Assembly (NCBI GenBank): GCA_963803845.1
Contig: CAWDNZ010000005.1
Location: 610,289-674,288 of the forward strand
Source of the DNA: an uncultured Acidimicrobiales bacterium
Lineage (GTDB): Bacteria > Actinomycetota > Acidimicrobiia > Acidimicrobiales > SZUA-35
Reading direction: 5' to 3'
DNA length: 64,000 bases
In this document: positions 54,819 to 63,640 of the stretch, piece by piece
Position numbering within the stretch: the first letter of the stretch is position 1
Layout of the letters: each line of letters starts with the position of its first letter
Made by a program: the position numbers and the translations under genes
Notes under the pieces: model-generated
What the model was told of the DNA's origin: nothing
The model's database searches: none
What the model saw: the letters and a program-made list of their open reading frames with translations, nothing else

Positions 54819-56777
54819 GTGACCGCAGCCAACGAACTGTCCGAGCTCCTCTGGACGCCAACGCCGGAGAGGATCGAGCGGTCCCACATGGACCGTTTCC
54901 GGCGCGCAATCAAGCCCGAGTTGGTGGACAGTGATGAGCTCTGGAAATGGTCCGTGGAGCACCCCGGTGAATTCTGGCGATCGGTCTGGAACTACTGCGG
55001 GGTGGTGGGTGACCCGGGCGAACGAGACGTTGCGCCGACCAACGATTTCTGGAAATGGCGGTTCCTTCCAGATGCCAAGCTCAACATGGCCGAGAACCTC
55101 CTTGCACCACGCATCGGGGCCGGACCAAATGCGATCATCGCAATAGCCGAGGACGGTTCAACCGACGTCTGGTCGTGGGAACGACTCCGCTCCGAGACCG
55201 CCGCCGCGGCGGACTGGTTGCGGTCGGTCGGGGTGGAAAAGGGTGACTGTGTGGCCGCATGGATGCCGCACCTGCCGGAAACGGTGGTGCTGTTCCTTGC
55301 CGCCGCTTCCATCGGGGCGGTCTACACCACGACGTCGGCCGATTTCGGTGTTGATGGTGTTGTGGACCGTTTCGGTCAGACCACACCCAAAGTGCTGCTT
55401 GCCGCCGATGGTTACACCTATGGCGGCAAGCCGTTCGGATTGGGCCAGCGGGCCGCCGACATTGCCGCCGCTCTGGAATCGGTAGAACACGTCCTAGTTG
55501 TCCAAGGGCCGTCGGGTTCGGGGACACCGGTCGGCGAGACCACTGCGGCCGTGCATCGTTGGGACGATGCGGTTGGAGGATTGCGGGGCGCGGAACTCAG
55601 TTTCGAGCAACTGCCAACCGATCACCCGATGTACATCCTGTACTCCTCCGGTACCACCGGGAAACCCAAGTGCATCGTCCACCGCACCGGCGGGGTCTTG
55701 TTGAAGCACCTGAGCGAACAGCAACTGCATTGCGACCTTCACGCCGGTGACATCATGTTCTACTTCACAACATGCGGCTGGATGATGTGGAACTGGCTTG
55801 TCAGCGGCTTGGCTACCGGCGCCACGATTGTGCTGTACGACGGCAACCCGGTGTACCCGTCGCAGACGCGACTATTTGAAGAAGCGGAGAAGCACCGCTT
55901 CAGTCTCATGGGGGTATCTGCGAAATTCATCGACGGCGCTTTGAAGGCGGATCTGACTCCCGGCACGTCCTTCGACCTCTCCTCGGTCCGAACCATCTGC
56001 TCCACTGGGTCTCCGCTGAGCAACGACGGGTTCGGGTGGGTCTACGACTCGGTGGCTCAAGACGTTCATCTCGGATCGGTCAGTGGGGGCACGGATCTCT
56101 GTGGTTGTCTGGTTGGGTGTGACCCCACCAAACCGGTGGTGGTGGGCGAGCTACAGGGCAAGTTCCTCGGAATGGATATCAACATTTTCGATCCCGACGG
56201 TCAGCCGATCACCGAGCTTCACCAGAAGGGTGAACTGGTCTGTACCACCCCGTTCCCGTCGATGCCGCTGCACTTCTGGGACGACCCCGACGATGTCCGC
56301 TACCGAGCCGCCTACTTTGATCGGTTCCCCAACACGTGGGCCCATGGTGACTTTGCCAGTTGGGAAGCCGGGGGCGGGATCGTGATTCACGGCCGGTCCG
56401 ATGCCACGCTGAACGCTTCGGGAGTTCGCATCGGTACCGCCGAGATCTACAACGTGGTGGAGCAGCTTCCCGAAATCGCCGAGGCCATCGCCATTGGCCA
56501 ACAATGGGACAACGACACCCGAGTGGTCCTCTTCGTTCGGCTTGCCGAGGGTGCTGTTCTGGATGACGATTTGGAACGAAAGATCCGCACAGAACTCCGC
56601 ACCAAACGTACGCCCCGACACGTGCCCGCCATCATTCGGGCGGTGCCGGACATTCCCCGCACCCGTTCGGGCAAGATCACCGAACTGGCGGTCACCGACG
56701 TTGTTCATGGCCGCCCGATCAACAACACCGAAGCCCTGGCCAACCCCGAATCACTCGAACACTTCACCCTGGACTAA
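54819..56777 (+). CDS. acetoacetate--CoA ligase (acetoacetyl-CoA synthetase)
   Basis: 652 aa. N-terminus ..LWTPTPERIERSHMDRFRR.. AMP-binding motif ILYSSGTTGKPKCIVH. Confidence 0.9.
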   Translation: MTAANELSELLWTPTPERIERSHMDRFRRAIKPELVDSDELWKWSVEHPGEFWRSVWNYCGVVGDPGERDVAPTNDFWKWRFLPDAKLNMAENLLAPRIGAGPNAIIAIAEDGSTDVWSWERLRSETAAAADWLRSVGVEKGDCVAAWMPHLPETVVLFLAAASIGAVYTTTSADFGVDGVVDRFGQTTPKVLLAADGYTYGGKPFGLGQRAADIAAALESVEHVLVVQGPSGSGTPVGETTAAVHRWDDAVGGLRGAELSFEQLPTDHPMYILYSSGTTGKPKCIVHRTGGVLLKHLSEQQLHCDLHAGDIMFYFTTCGWMMWNWLVSGLATGATIVLYDGNPVYPSQTRLFEEAEKHRFSLMGVSAKFIDGALKADLTPGTSFDLSSVRTICSTGSPLSNDGFGWVYDSVAQDVHLGSVSGGTDLCGCLVGCDPTKPVVVGELQGKFLGMDINIFDPDGQPITELHQKGELVCTTPFPSMPLHFWDDPDDVRYRAAYFDRFPNTWAHGDFASWEAGGGIVIHGRSDATLNASGVRIGTAEIYNVVEQLPEIAEAIAIGQQWDNDTRVVLFVRLAEGAVLDDDLERKIRTELRTKRTPRHVPAIIRAVPDIPRTRSGKITELAVTDVVHGRPINNTEALANPESLEHFTLD

Positions 56778-56794
56778 CCGCACACCCTTCGCTG

Positions 56795-57006
56795 AAATTC
56801 CTGTTGATAGCTACATTGAGTGTGGTTGGGAACAGGAATTACACCTGATTGTGGTCATCAACAGGAATTTGAGCGGGTTTACGCCTAGGTACGAATCCGC
56901 CGACGGGTAGTCGGAACGGCCGCAGTGCTCAAATTCCTGTGTGGAACCACATTCGTGGAAAATTCCTGTCAGTAGCCACACGAAATGTGGCTGTCAACAG
57001 GAATTT
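56795..57006 (+). repeat. two inverted 76 bp palindromic modules (six AAATTCCTGT/ACAGGAATTT boxes) flanking a 60 bp GC-rich spacer; candidate thrB leader or MITE-like element
   Basis: 56795-56870 and 56931-57006 align colinearly as reverse complements. There is a 14 bp perfect inverted repeat 56861-56874 / 56927-56940. The region is AT-richer than its surroundings. Confidence 0.9.
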
Positions 57007-57009
57007 GGG

Positions 57010-57870
57010 ATGCCCGGAAGGTTGGGAACTCTAGGCTTGAGGCTCGTGACCATCGTTCGAGCCCCCGCATCCTCGGCCAATCTGGGACCGGGATTCGACG
57101 TGCTCGGTCTGGCGCTGGACCGGTACGCATACGCCAGCGACGAGGGCGACGAAGGCGGGTCTGCGGACCACTGCTGGGACAACCACATCGCTCGCATCGC
57201 TTTCGAACGCGCCGGCGGCAAGGGTGATGTCTGGTTTCGCTTCGAGTTTCCGCCCGCCCGGGGAATGGGCTTCTCCGCCGCAGCGCGAGCCGCAGGGGCG
57301 GGGCTGGCCTTCGCCCAGCAGGGTGCCGAGACCGAGGATCTCCAGAACGAGACGTATCGGATCGTGTCCGAGTTGGAGGGTCATGCCGACAACGCCGCCC
57401 CCGCTGTCTTCGGCGGGATTCACGTAGTTACGTCGGAGGGTTGCCACCGACTAGCTGCCCAGCTGCCGGGAGAGCTGCTCGTCTGGGTTCCGCACGAGGC
57501 ATCCACGTCCACCGACGAGAATCGCGCCACGCTCACGCCCACCGTCGCTCGGGAAGACGCAGTGTTCAATCTGGGACGGTTGGGGCTTCTTCTAGCGGCG
57601 TTGTACGAGCAGAACATCGATCTGCTCCATCAGGCCACCGGCGATCGCTTGCATCAGGCTGGTCGCTTCGCATTGCAGCCGCTCTCGGCCAAAGCATACG
57701 AAGCAGCGATTGGGGCTGGCGCGGCTGCGGCATGGCTGAGCGGTTCGGGCCCCTCTGTTGGCATTGTGGCGCACCCCGGTCGGGCGCACAGAATCGAAAC
57801 CGCACTGCCCACCGCTGGCGCTTTGCTTCACGTAGCCACAGACCTTGCCGGCACAATCGAGGTCCTGTAG
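57010..57870 (+). CDS. thrB: homoserine kinase
   Basis: ATG 57010 is preceded by AGGAA (56999-57003). ..IVRAPASSANLGPGFDVLGLAL.. and the GHMP motif ..PPARGMGFSAAA... The listed GTG 56941 start lies inside the palindromic repeats and is unlikely. Confidence 0.85.
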   Translation: MPGRLGTLGLRLVTIVRAPASSANLGPGFDVLGLALDRYAYASDEGDEGGSADHCWDNHIARIAFERAGGKGDVWFRFEFPPARGMGFSAAARAAGAGLAFAQQGAETEDLQNETYRIVSELEGHADNAAPAVFGGIHVVTSEGCHRLAAQLPGELLVWVPHEASTSTDENRATLTPTVAREDAVFNLGRLGLLLAALYEQNIDLLHQATGDRLHQAGRFALQPLSAKAYEAAIGAGAAAAWLSGSGPSVGIVAHPGRAHRIETALPTAGALLHVATDLAGTIEVL

Positions 57871-58125
57871 CCGCCGGGCCCGGAGGGATGTTGCGTGTTG
57901 AGCAGTCCGGCGTGGGTGTGTGGGTGGAGTTGTTGTGGCGCCGGGTAGGCGAGGCTCTGTGCCGGCGAACGGCCCCCGGAGGGGACTGCCCTGAGCAGTC
58001 CGGCGTGGGTGTGTGGGTGGAGTTGTTGTGGCGCCGGGTAGGCGAGGCTCCGTGCCGGCGAACGGCCCCCGGAGGGACAGAAATCGTTCAGCCAGCTGAC
58101 ATCGCGCCGCAGGCTCACGATCTTG
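57871..58125 (-). repeat. REP-like family, two near-identical 93 bp sub-variant copies plus a junction segment
   Basis: 57900-57992 and 57993-58085 are almost identical. Core boxes CCCCCGGAGGG at 57973 and 58066, and a degenerate box at 57879. Confidence 0.85.
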
Positions 58126-59268
58126 TCATCTAAAACGGTCGGGGAGCAGGGCGGTTAGGTCGACGTTGGCCAAATCAGCGGGTAGGGGCGCTCCAGAAGT
58201 CAGCAGGGCCGTGAGTTTTCCCGCCGCGGGGGACGTTTGGATTCCGGTTCCGCCTTGGCCAACGCACCAGATGAAGCGTCGGTTCTTGGGGTCGGGACCG
58301 ATCACCATGGACTCATCCGGAGCGAAGGTGCGCAGTCCCGCCCACGACGATGCCACCGACCTGATCTGTAGTCGGGTGTATTGGTTGATGATGTCGATCG
58401 CCCTGGCAATATCCACTTCCTCGGGCCGGGCGTCCATCGGTTCCGAAGGTGTCTGATCAGCGGGAGAGCACAGGAATTGCGTCCCGTCGGGCTTCACATA
58501 CCAGTCATGCGCCACGTTGATGAGCATCGGCCACTCGGCAGACTGCGACATGTCGGCGTGAGGCAAAGCTGACCCGTTCACCATGAATGCGGTCCGGCGG
58601 CGCGGCTGTAAACCCACCGGTTGAATCCCGGCGGTCATCGCAACCACGTCACCCCAGGCTCCGGCGGCATTGACGAGGTAGTCGGCAACGATCGGCCCGG
58701 TGGTCGTATCAACTGACCAACGATCGGCCAAGGGCGTGGCGGCGTTCACCTTCGTGGAGGTAGCGATCGTGCCGCCGTTGCGTTTGATCATCCGGACATA
58801 CGCCTGATGGGTGGCAGCGACGTCGATATCGAACGACCCCTCCTCGATCATCACGAAGGCGGTTGACTCGGGATCCACCCCCGGATTGAGTTCGGCGGCC
58901 GCCTCCGGAGTCAATTGGCGACCGGGTGGGATCGATGCTTGTCCCGCCGCCAGCAACTCCTTGAAACCCTCCTCCTGGTGCTCGGTCCCCAGTAGCAGGA
59001 CGGCCCGGTCATGGAGAAGCGCCCCATCCACCAGACCTTCAGGCGGAGAACGGAGGAAATTGAAGCTGGCTTTTGTCAGCGCCCTGACGGCTGGCTCACC
59101 GTAGTTTTGAATCCATTGGGCCGCCGATCGGCCGGTGGTGTGGTGGGCCAGGTTTTGTTCCTGTTCCACCATCGCCACATGAAGCTCCGAATTCTCGGAA
59201 AGGAATGCAGCTGCGCTGGCTCCGGCGATTCCACCGCCAACGACCACGACTGTTTCAGTCATAACCAC
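58126..59268 (-). CDS. FAD-dependent oxidoreductase (DAO/glycine oxidase-like family)
   Basis: N-terminal VVVVGGGIAGASAAAFL dinucleotide-binding motif. 380 aa. Confidence 0.85.
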   Translation of the reverse strand: MVMTETVVVVGGGIAGASAAAFLSENSELHVAMVEQEQNLAHHTTGRSAAQWIQNYGEPAVRALTKASFNFLRSPPEGLVDGALLHDRAVLLLGTEHQEEGFKELLAAGQASIPPGRQLTPEAAAELNPGVDPESTAFVMIEEGSFDIDVAATHQAYVRMIKRNGGTIATSTKVNAATPLADRWSVDTTTGPIVADYLVNAAGAWGDVVAMTAGIQPVGLQPRRRTAFMVNGSALPHADMSQSAEWPMLINVAHDWYVKPDGTQFLCSPADQTPSEPMDARPEEVDIARAIDIINQYTRLQIRSVASSWAGLRTFAPDESMVIGPDPKNRRFIWCVGQGGTGIQTSPAAGKLTALLTSGAPLPADLANVDLTALLPDRFR

Positions 59269-59336
59269 AGACTAGAAGAGTCATGCCGTTGCGAAAGAGT
59301 TGATGCCGGGCTCGTTGGGTAGCCCATACTGTCTCC

Positions 59337-60284
59337 GTGGAAATGGATGAAACCCGACCGTCTGGGACAGCCTCAGGCGCGCGTCTCTCGGTTTTGGCGA
59401 AGGCGTTGATCATCGTGGGATCGCTCCTCTGTGCCGCCATATTTTTCGGCGCACTGCTCGCCGCCTATCTTGCCTCTGCCGACACTCAAGAGTCTTCGTC
59501 ATCAGCGCAACCAACGACGGCGATCGAAAGCGATCAGTTCCGTTGCGATCCCGAAGTGATCGGTGAGGACGACGGTCCGGTGGTGGCGGTCTATGAGGTC
59601 AATGGTGCTTCTCTGGGTTCGTTGTGTTTCGGATGGGCCAATTCCGCGGTGGTGAACGCGTGGGCGGCGCTCGAAGCGGTGGCGCCCTCCCCGTTCCTTG
59701 ACTCGGTGGTCTCGCTGGCGGGATATGACTTCGATGGGCCGGTAGACACGATGGCTTTCGCCGGTCCGATCGATTTTCGGGGCGTTGACTTCACCGTGGC
59801 CCTCGAGGTTGACGCCGCAGTTGCCGATCCCGATGAACTGCGCCTCACCATGATGCACGAACTCGCTCACGTCTTCACTCAGGATTCCTCGCAGTTCTCG
59901 GTCGGAGCGGCACGAAAAGACTGCGAGACGTTTTTCAACGGTTTTGGGTGCTTCGGTGAAGACAGCTACTTGAATCTCTGGGTACACCGTTTCTGGGATA
60001 GCGCCGCAATCGACTCCCTTCCCCGGGACGGCAGTCCCGATCAAGATGCCGGCGATGAGCGATGCCTCGACGACGCGGCCTTCCCCGGTTCCTATGCTGC
60101 GTCCCACCCGGAGGAAGATTTTGCCGAGTCCTTTGCGGCATTTGTGTACGGCGTTCAAATGCCAGAAGAGGTGCAACCTCGATTGGATTTCTTCACCGAG
60201 TTTCCCGAGCTTGCCGAATTCCGATCAAACGCGGGCGAGGCTGGTTTGACCAATCTGCCCAACAATTACGACGAGTGCGGCTAG
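59337..60284 (+). CDS. membrane-anchored hypothetical protein with a zincin HExxH motif
   Basis: N-terminal TM anchor (..LAKALIIVGSLLCAAIFFGALLAAYL..) and MMHELAHVF. The start is GTG 59337 or ATG 59343. Confidence 0.6.
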   Translation: MEMDETRPSGTASGARLSVLAKALIIVGSLLCAAIFFGALLAAYLASADTQESSSSAQPTTAIESDQFRCDPEVIGEDDGPVVAVYEVNGASLGSLCFGWANSAVVNAWAALEAVAPSPFLDSVVSLAGYDFDGPVDTMAFAGPIDFRGVDFTVALEVDAAVADPDELRLTMMHELAHVFTQDSSQFSVGAARKDCETFFNGFGCFGEDSYLNLWVHRFWDSAAIDSLPRDGSPDQDAGDERCLDDAAFPGSYAASHPEEDFAESFAAFVYGVQMPEEVQPRLDFFTEFPELAEFRSNAGEAGLTNLPNNYDECG

Positions 60285-60320
60285 CTCGTTCCCTCCTGGC
60301 GCGAAGTACCGTCCATTGCC

Positions 60321-61169
60321 ATGGACATACAGAATCGGGTAGCAGTGCTCACCGGGGCGGGGTCGGGAATCGGGGAGGCGTTGGCGAAGGCTTTCGCTTC
60401 AGCGGGGGCCCGGCACGTCGTGGTGACCGACGTGAATAGTGCAGCGGCCGAGCGCGTGGCGGGAGAGATCGCCGCAGCCGGTGGCAGTGCAAGCTCGGCG
60501 TCGGTGGACGTTGGAGTAGAAGCGCAGATCCTCGACCTGGTGGAGACCACCGAGTTGAACCACGGGCCAATCGACATCTTCGTCTCCAACGCCGGTTACG
60601 TGACCGTTGCCGGACTGGAGGATCCCAACGAGAGCATCCAGAAGATGTGGGAAGTGCATGTGATGGCACACGTGTACGCCGCCCGGGCGGTCATCCCCTC
60701 AATGGCCGCGCGGGGCGAGGGCTACCTGCTGAATACTGCCAGCGCTGCTGGATTGCTCAGCCAGATCGGTTCCATGAGTTACACGGTGACCAAACATGCT
60801 GCGGTTGCATTGGCGGAGTGGTTGGCGATCAGCCATCACCATCAGGGAATCCGGGTGAGCGTGTTGTGTCCCCAGGCCGTTCGAACGAATATCATCGCCA
60901 ATTCGCCGGATCGGGTACCAGGCGAGGATGTTGGCATCGATGACTTCGGCGTTGCCGCCGCCGATGGGATCGTAGAGGCCGACGAGGTCGCCCAGATGTG
61001 TATCGAAGCGATGGCCGCAGAACGATTCCACGTATTGCCTCATCCCGAGGTTGGGGAGTACATCAAGATGAAGGCGGCTGACCCTGATCGCTGGTTGAGC
61101 GCCATGAGGAAGTTCCAGTCCCGACTGCATGGAGACGGTCAACTTCCTGGCGATCAAATTCTCTCATGA
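60321..61169 (+). CDS. SDR family oxidoreductase
   Basis: LTGAGSGIG, SNAG and Y-x3-K (YTVTKHA). Confidence 0.9.
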   Translation: MDIQNRVAVLTGAGSGIGEALAKAFASAGARHVVVTDVNSAAAERVAGEIAAAGGSASSASVDVGVEAQILDLVETTELNHGPIDIFVSNAGYVTVAGLEDPNESIQKMWEVHVMAHVYAARAVIPSMAARGEGYLLNTASAAGLLSQIGSMSYTVTKHAAVALAEWLAISHHHQGIRVSVLCPQAVRTNIIANSPDRVPGEDVGIDDFGVAAADGIVEADEVAQMCIEAMAAERFHVLPHPEVGEYIKMKAADPDRWLSAMRKFQSRLHGDGQLPGDQILS

Positions 61170-61195
61170 GGCAGCCCGCTTTCTAGGATCGTCGG

Positions 61196-61840
61196 ATGGG
61201 TCTGAATCTGTCCGCCGAAGAACTTCTCACCACTACCCGTAGCGTGCGGAAACGTCTCGACTTCGATCGGCCCGTGGACCGCTCCATCGTGGTGGAATGC
61301 ATCGATCTTGCTCTGCAGGCTCCGTCGGGATCCAACTCGCAGGGGTGGCAGTGGGTGGTGATCGAGGACCAGGCAAAGAAGGACGCCATCACCGCTCTCT
61401 ATGCGGCCAATTATGCGGCGTACTCCGCCGGGCCGCGGCCAGAGTACGGCGAGGGCGATGTGCGAAAGGAGTCAATGCCGAAGGTGGCCGATTCGGCTAC
61501 GTATTTGGCGCAGAACTTCTCAAAAGCGCCGTTCCTTGTGATCCCGTGCATCAAAGGACGGATGGGCGAAGGCGTTCCCTCCGCCACCCAGGCGGGCGCA
61601 TGGGGTTCCATTCTTCCCGCAGTGTGGAGCTTCATGTTGGCTCTACGAAGCAAGGGGTTGGGCTCAGCTTGGACCACGTTGCATCTGCCCAGCGAGGCCG
61701 AAGCGGCCGACATCATCGGTATCCCGTTCGACGAATACACCCAGGCGGGTCTCTTCCCGGTGGCCTACACCAAGGGGACCGATTTCAAACCGGCCAAACG
61801 ATTGCCAGCCGAGGACTTGATCCACTGGGACACCTGGTAA
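61196..61840 (+). CDS. nitroreductase family protein
   Basis: ..TTRSVRKRLDFDRPVDRSIVVECIDLALQAPSGSNSQGWQWVVI.. Confidence 0.85.
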   Translation: MGLNLSAEELLTTTRSVRKRLDFDRPVDRSIVVECIDLALQAPSGSNSQGWQWVVIEDQAKKDAITALYAANYAAYSAGPRPEYGEGDVRKESMPKVADSATYLAQNFSKAPFLVIPCIKGRMGEGVPSATQAGAWGSILPAVWSFMLALRSKGLGSAWTTLHLPSEAEAADIIGIPFDEYTQAGLFPVAYTKGTDFKPAKRLPAEDLIHWDTW

Positions 61841-61848
61841 GAAGGCGG

Positions 61849-62358
61849 TTAGGTAGGGTCCCACCGCTGGCGACGCAGGACGGGAATCAAGGTGATTGCC
61901 AGAACCGGAAGCAGTAGCCAGAGGAGCCCGGGCCCCAGGAACCAGGGATCACCGACCGGATTGGCGCGGACCGTCGGAGCGACGTCTGCTTGGTTCAGCG
62001 CCAGCTGCTGGCCGGCCTGCAGTTGCTCGACCACCGCAATTGCTTCCTGTTCAGCGAGAAGCTGCTGAAGACTGGCGATCATCTCCTCGTTCGATCCTTC
62101 CCGAGGAATGAGGAGGGGAGCCTCTCGAGCTCTGAGCTCCACTTGCGGCGGGATGCGGCCGGTTGCCTCTTCGTTCTGCCCGTTCCTGGCCTGAACCGCC
62201 ACCATGACAGCCATGGTGAGTAGTAGTGCGAACAGCGGTCCGCCGATTGCCATGGCCACCCGGCGACGATGGCGGTCGGAAGCGGCATCGAAGTCTTCAT
62301 ACGCTGCATCGACCACGGCATCGGGCCGCTTGTGTTCAGATCGATCGAACTCCGCCAT
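61849..62358 (-). CDS. hypothetical membrane protein
   Basis: 169 aa with two predicted TM helices (..IGGPLFALLLTMAVMVAV.. and ..LLWLLLPVLAITLIPVL..). Confidence 0.5.
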   Translation of the reverse strand: MAEFDRSEHKRPDAVVDAAYEDFDAASDRHRRRVAMAIGGPLFALLLTMAVMVAVQARNGQNEEATGRIPPQVELRAREAPLLIPREGSNEEMIASLQQLLAEQEAIAVVEQLQAGQQLALNQADVAPTVRANPVGDPWFLGPGLLWLLLPVLAITLIPVLRRQRWDPT

Positions 62359-62410
62359 CGTTTCTAGAGTGGCGCAGGTCCCGGTGCTTGAAAAGGGGTA
62401 GTTGTCACCG

Positions 62411-63445
62411 TCACCGGTTTCCCAGACTGAAGTGCTGGTAGTCCTTCACCGTGTTCCACCGGCCACCCCACGCCCAGCCGATCGAATCGAAGGCCTCCAC
62501 CACTGCATCGCCCTCTCGGATGAGCGCCGGGCTGTGAATGGACCGATCGGCAAACCTGCGCCCTGCCTCCGGCAGAACTACCGAATTCTTTACATACGGG
62601 TTGACCAATGGGTTCACATCGAGCGCTCGCCCGTAGGCGTGCGCTGACCATGATGTGCTGGACACCGCATTTCGGCAGTTGAACGCCGAAGTGTTGTTGG
62701 CTTCCATGCTGGCATCGTCTGAACCGCCAAACTCGTCGATGGTTCGCATCGACTGGATTGGATAACGGGCGATGAAGAGTCTTTCGAAGACCACCAGGAT
62801 GTCATCGGCCGAATCGGTGTGAACCACGATCTCGCCCGTGGCAACCGCACCGCTGAAGTTCACATAGGACACCGTGAGTAGCCGCAGGTCTTTCGGAGCG
62901 ACCGGGCAACCCGGGCGCCAAGAAACGCCCAGATCCGCAGCGGTGACCTGGCTCACGCTGGACCGGAACGCCGGGAGCTTCGCCGCTTGGAGGCCGGTCC
63001 GTTCGGAGAATTCGGCGGATTCGGCGAACCACAACACGATGTGGGATCGGGGTACCCCGGTCTGAAGCAGGTTGTTCCAGTACCGGCGGCCAGCCGCATC
63101 GGGCAGACGCCCAAGAACGTTCAGGTAGACCTGGTCGAGGAATCGCAGATCGCCCGATGGTCCCTCGACCACCCCGAACCGCTTCGTGAATTCAGCCGAC
63201 TTCGCAAACGCATCGGCAATCTGGACCGGATCGGCTCCCGTGCTGAGCAGCGAGTACCAGTAGGCCATTCCGCCGGGGTCGGGGTCACGGTTCAACACAG
63301 CTCGATAGAAGCGCGTGATTCGGAGTTCGTTAGGAGTGAGTGACGCCATCTCGCCGGGGGCCGACGAGCTGCTCTGGCTCGCTGCCGGCGGGACGCCAAC
63401 CACGACCAAGGCCACAGCAATGAGAATGAGGATCAGCTTGCGCAT
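62411..63445 (-). CDS. secreted DUF4214-repeat / M15 family (VanY-like) metallopeptidase
   Basis: ATG 63445 with an AAGAGG RBS gives the signal peptide MRKLILILIAVALVVVG.. Two DUF4214-like repeats (..FYRAVLNRDPDPGGMAYWYSLL.. and ..VYLNVLGRLPDAAGRRYWNNLL..). C-terminal SAHAYGRALDVNP..DYQHF. Confidence 0.8.
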   Translation of the reverse strand: MRKLILILIAVALVVVGVPPAASQSSSSAPGEMASLTPNELRITRFYRAVLNRDPDPGGMAYWYSLLSTGADPVQIADAFAKSAEFTKRFGVVEGPSGDLRFLDQVYLNVLGRLPDAAGRRYWNNLLQTGVPRSHIVLWFAESAEFSERTGLQAAKLPAFRSSVSQVTAADLGVSWRPGCPVAPKDLRLLTVSYVNFSGAVATGEIVVHTDSADDILVVFERLFIARYPIQSMRTIDEFGGSDDASMEANNTSAFNCRNAVSSTSWSAHAYGRALDVNPLVNPYVKNSVVLPEAGRRFADRSIHSPALIREGDAVVEAFDSIGWAWGGRWNTVKDYQHFSLGNR

Positions 63446-63483
63446 ACCTCTTGATCGGCGCACAGGCCAAAGACTACAGCCCC

Positions 63484-63633
63484 GTGGCAGCGCAGGATCG
63501 CCGGGCGTGAACTGGCAGCGCAGGAATCGCTCCAGCGCGAACCGTCAGCGGCCAGAATGGCGGCCGCGAACCTCAGCTGTCACCTCGGCTGAACCGGCAG
63601 CGCAGGATCCCGCCTGCGCGAACGTCAGCTGCC
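63484..63633 (+). repeat. short degenerate direct repeats (GGCAGCGCAGGATC and GCGAACNTCAGC boxes) in an intergenic region
   Basis: GGCAGCGCAGGA(A)TC at 63486, 63514 and 63596. GCGAAC(C/G)TCAGC-type boxes at about 63536, 63566 and 63618. Confidence 0.7.
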
Positions 63634-63640
63634 ACCCCGA

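Noticed and set aside
56885-56915. tRNA-like T-loop (GGTACGAATCC) in the spacer between the thrB-upstream modules
   Set aside because: The flanks do not form a T-stem, acceptor stem or anticodon arm. It is an isolated chance resemblance.
56778-57009. Classical thr-type attenuator with a Thr/Ile-rich leader peptide
   Set aside because: No short ORF rich in Thr/Ile codons and no terminator U-run after the last hairpin. An SD-sequestering structure is the better reading, so it is reported as a hypothesis instead.
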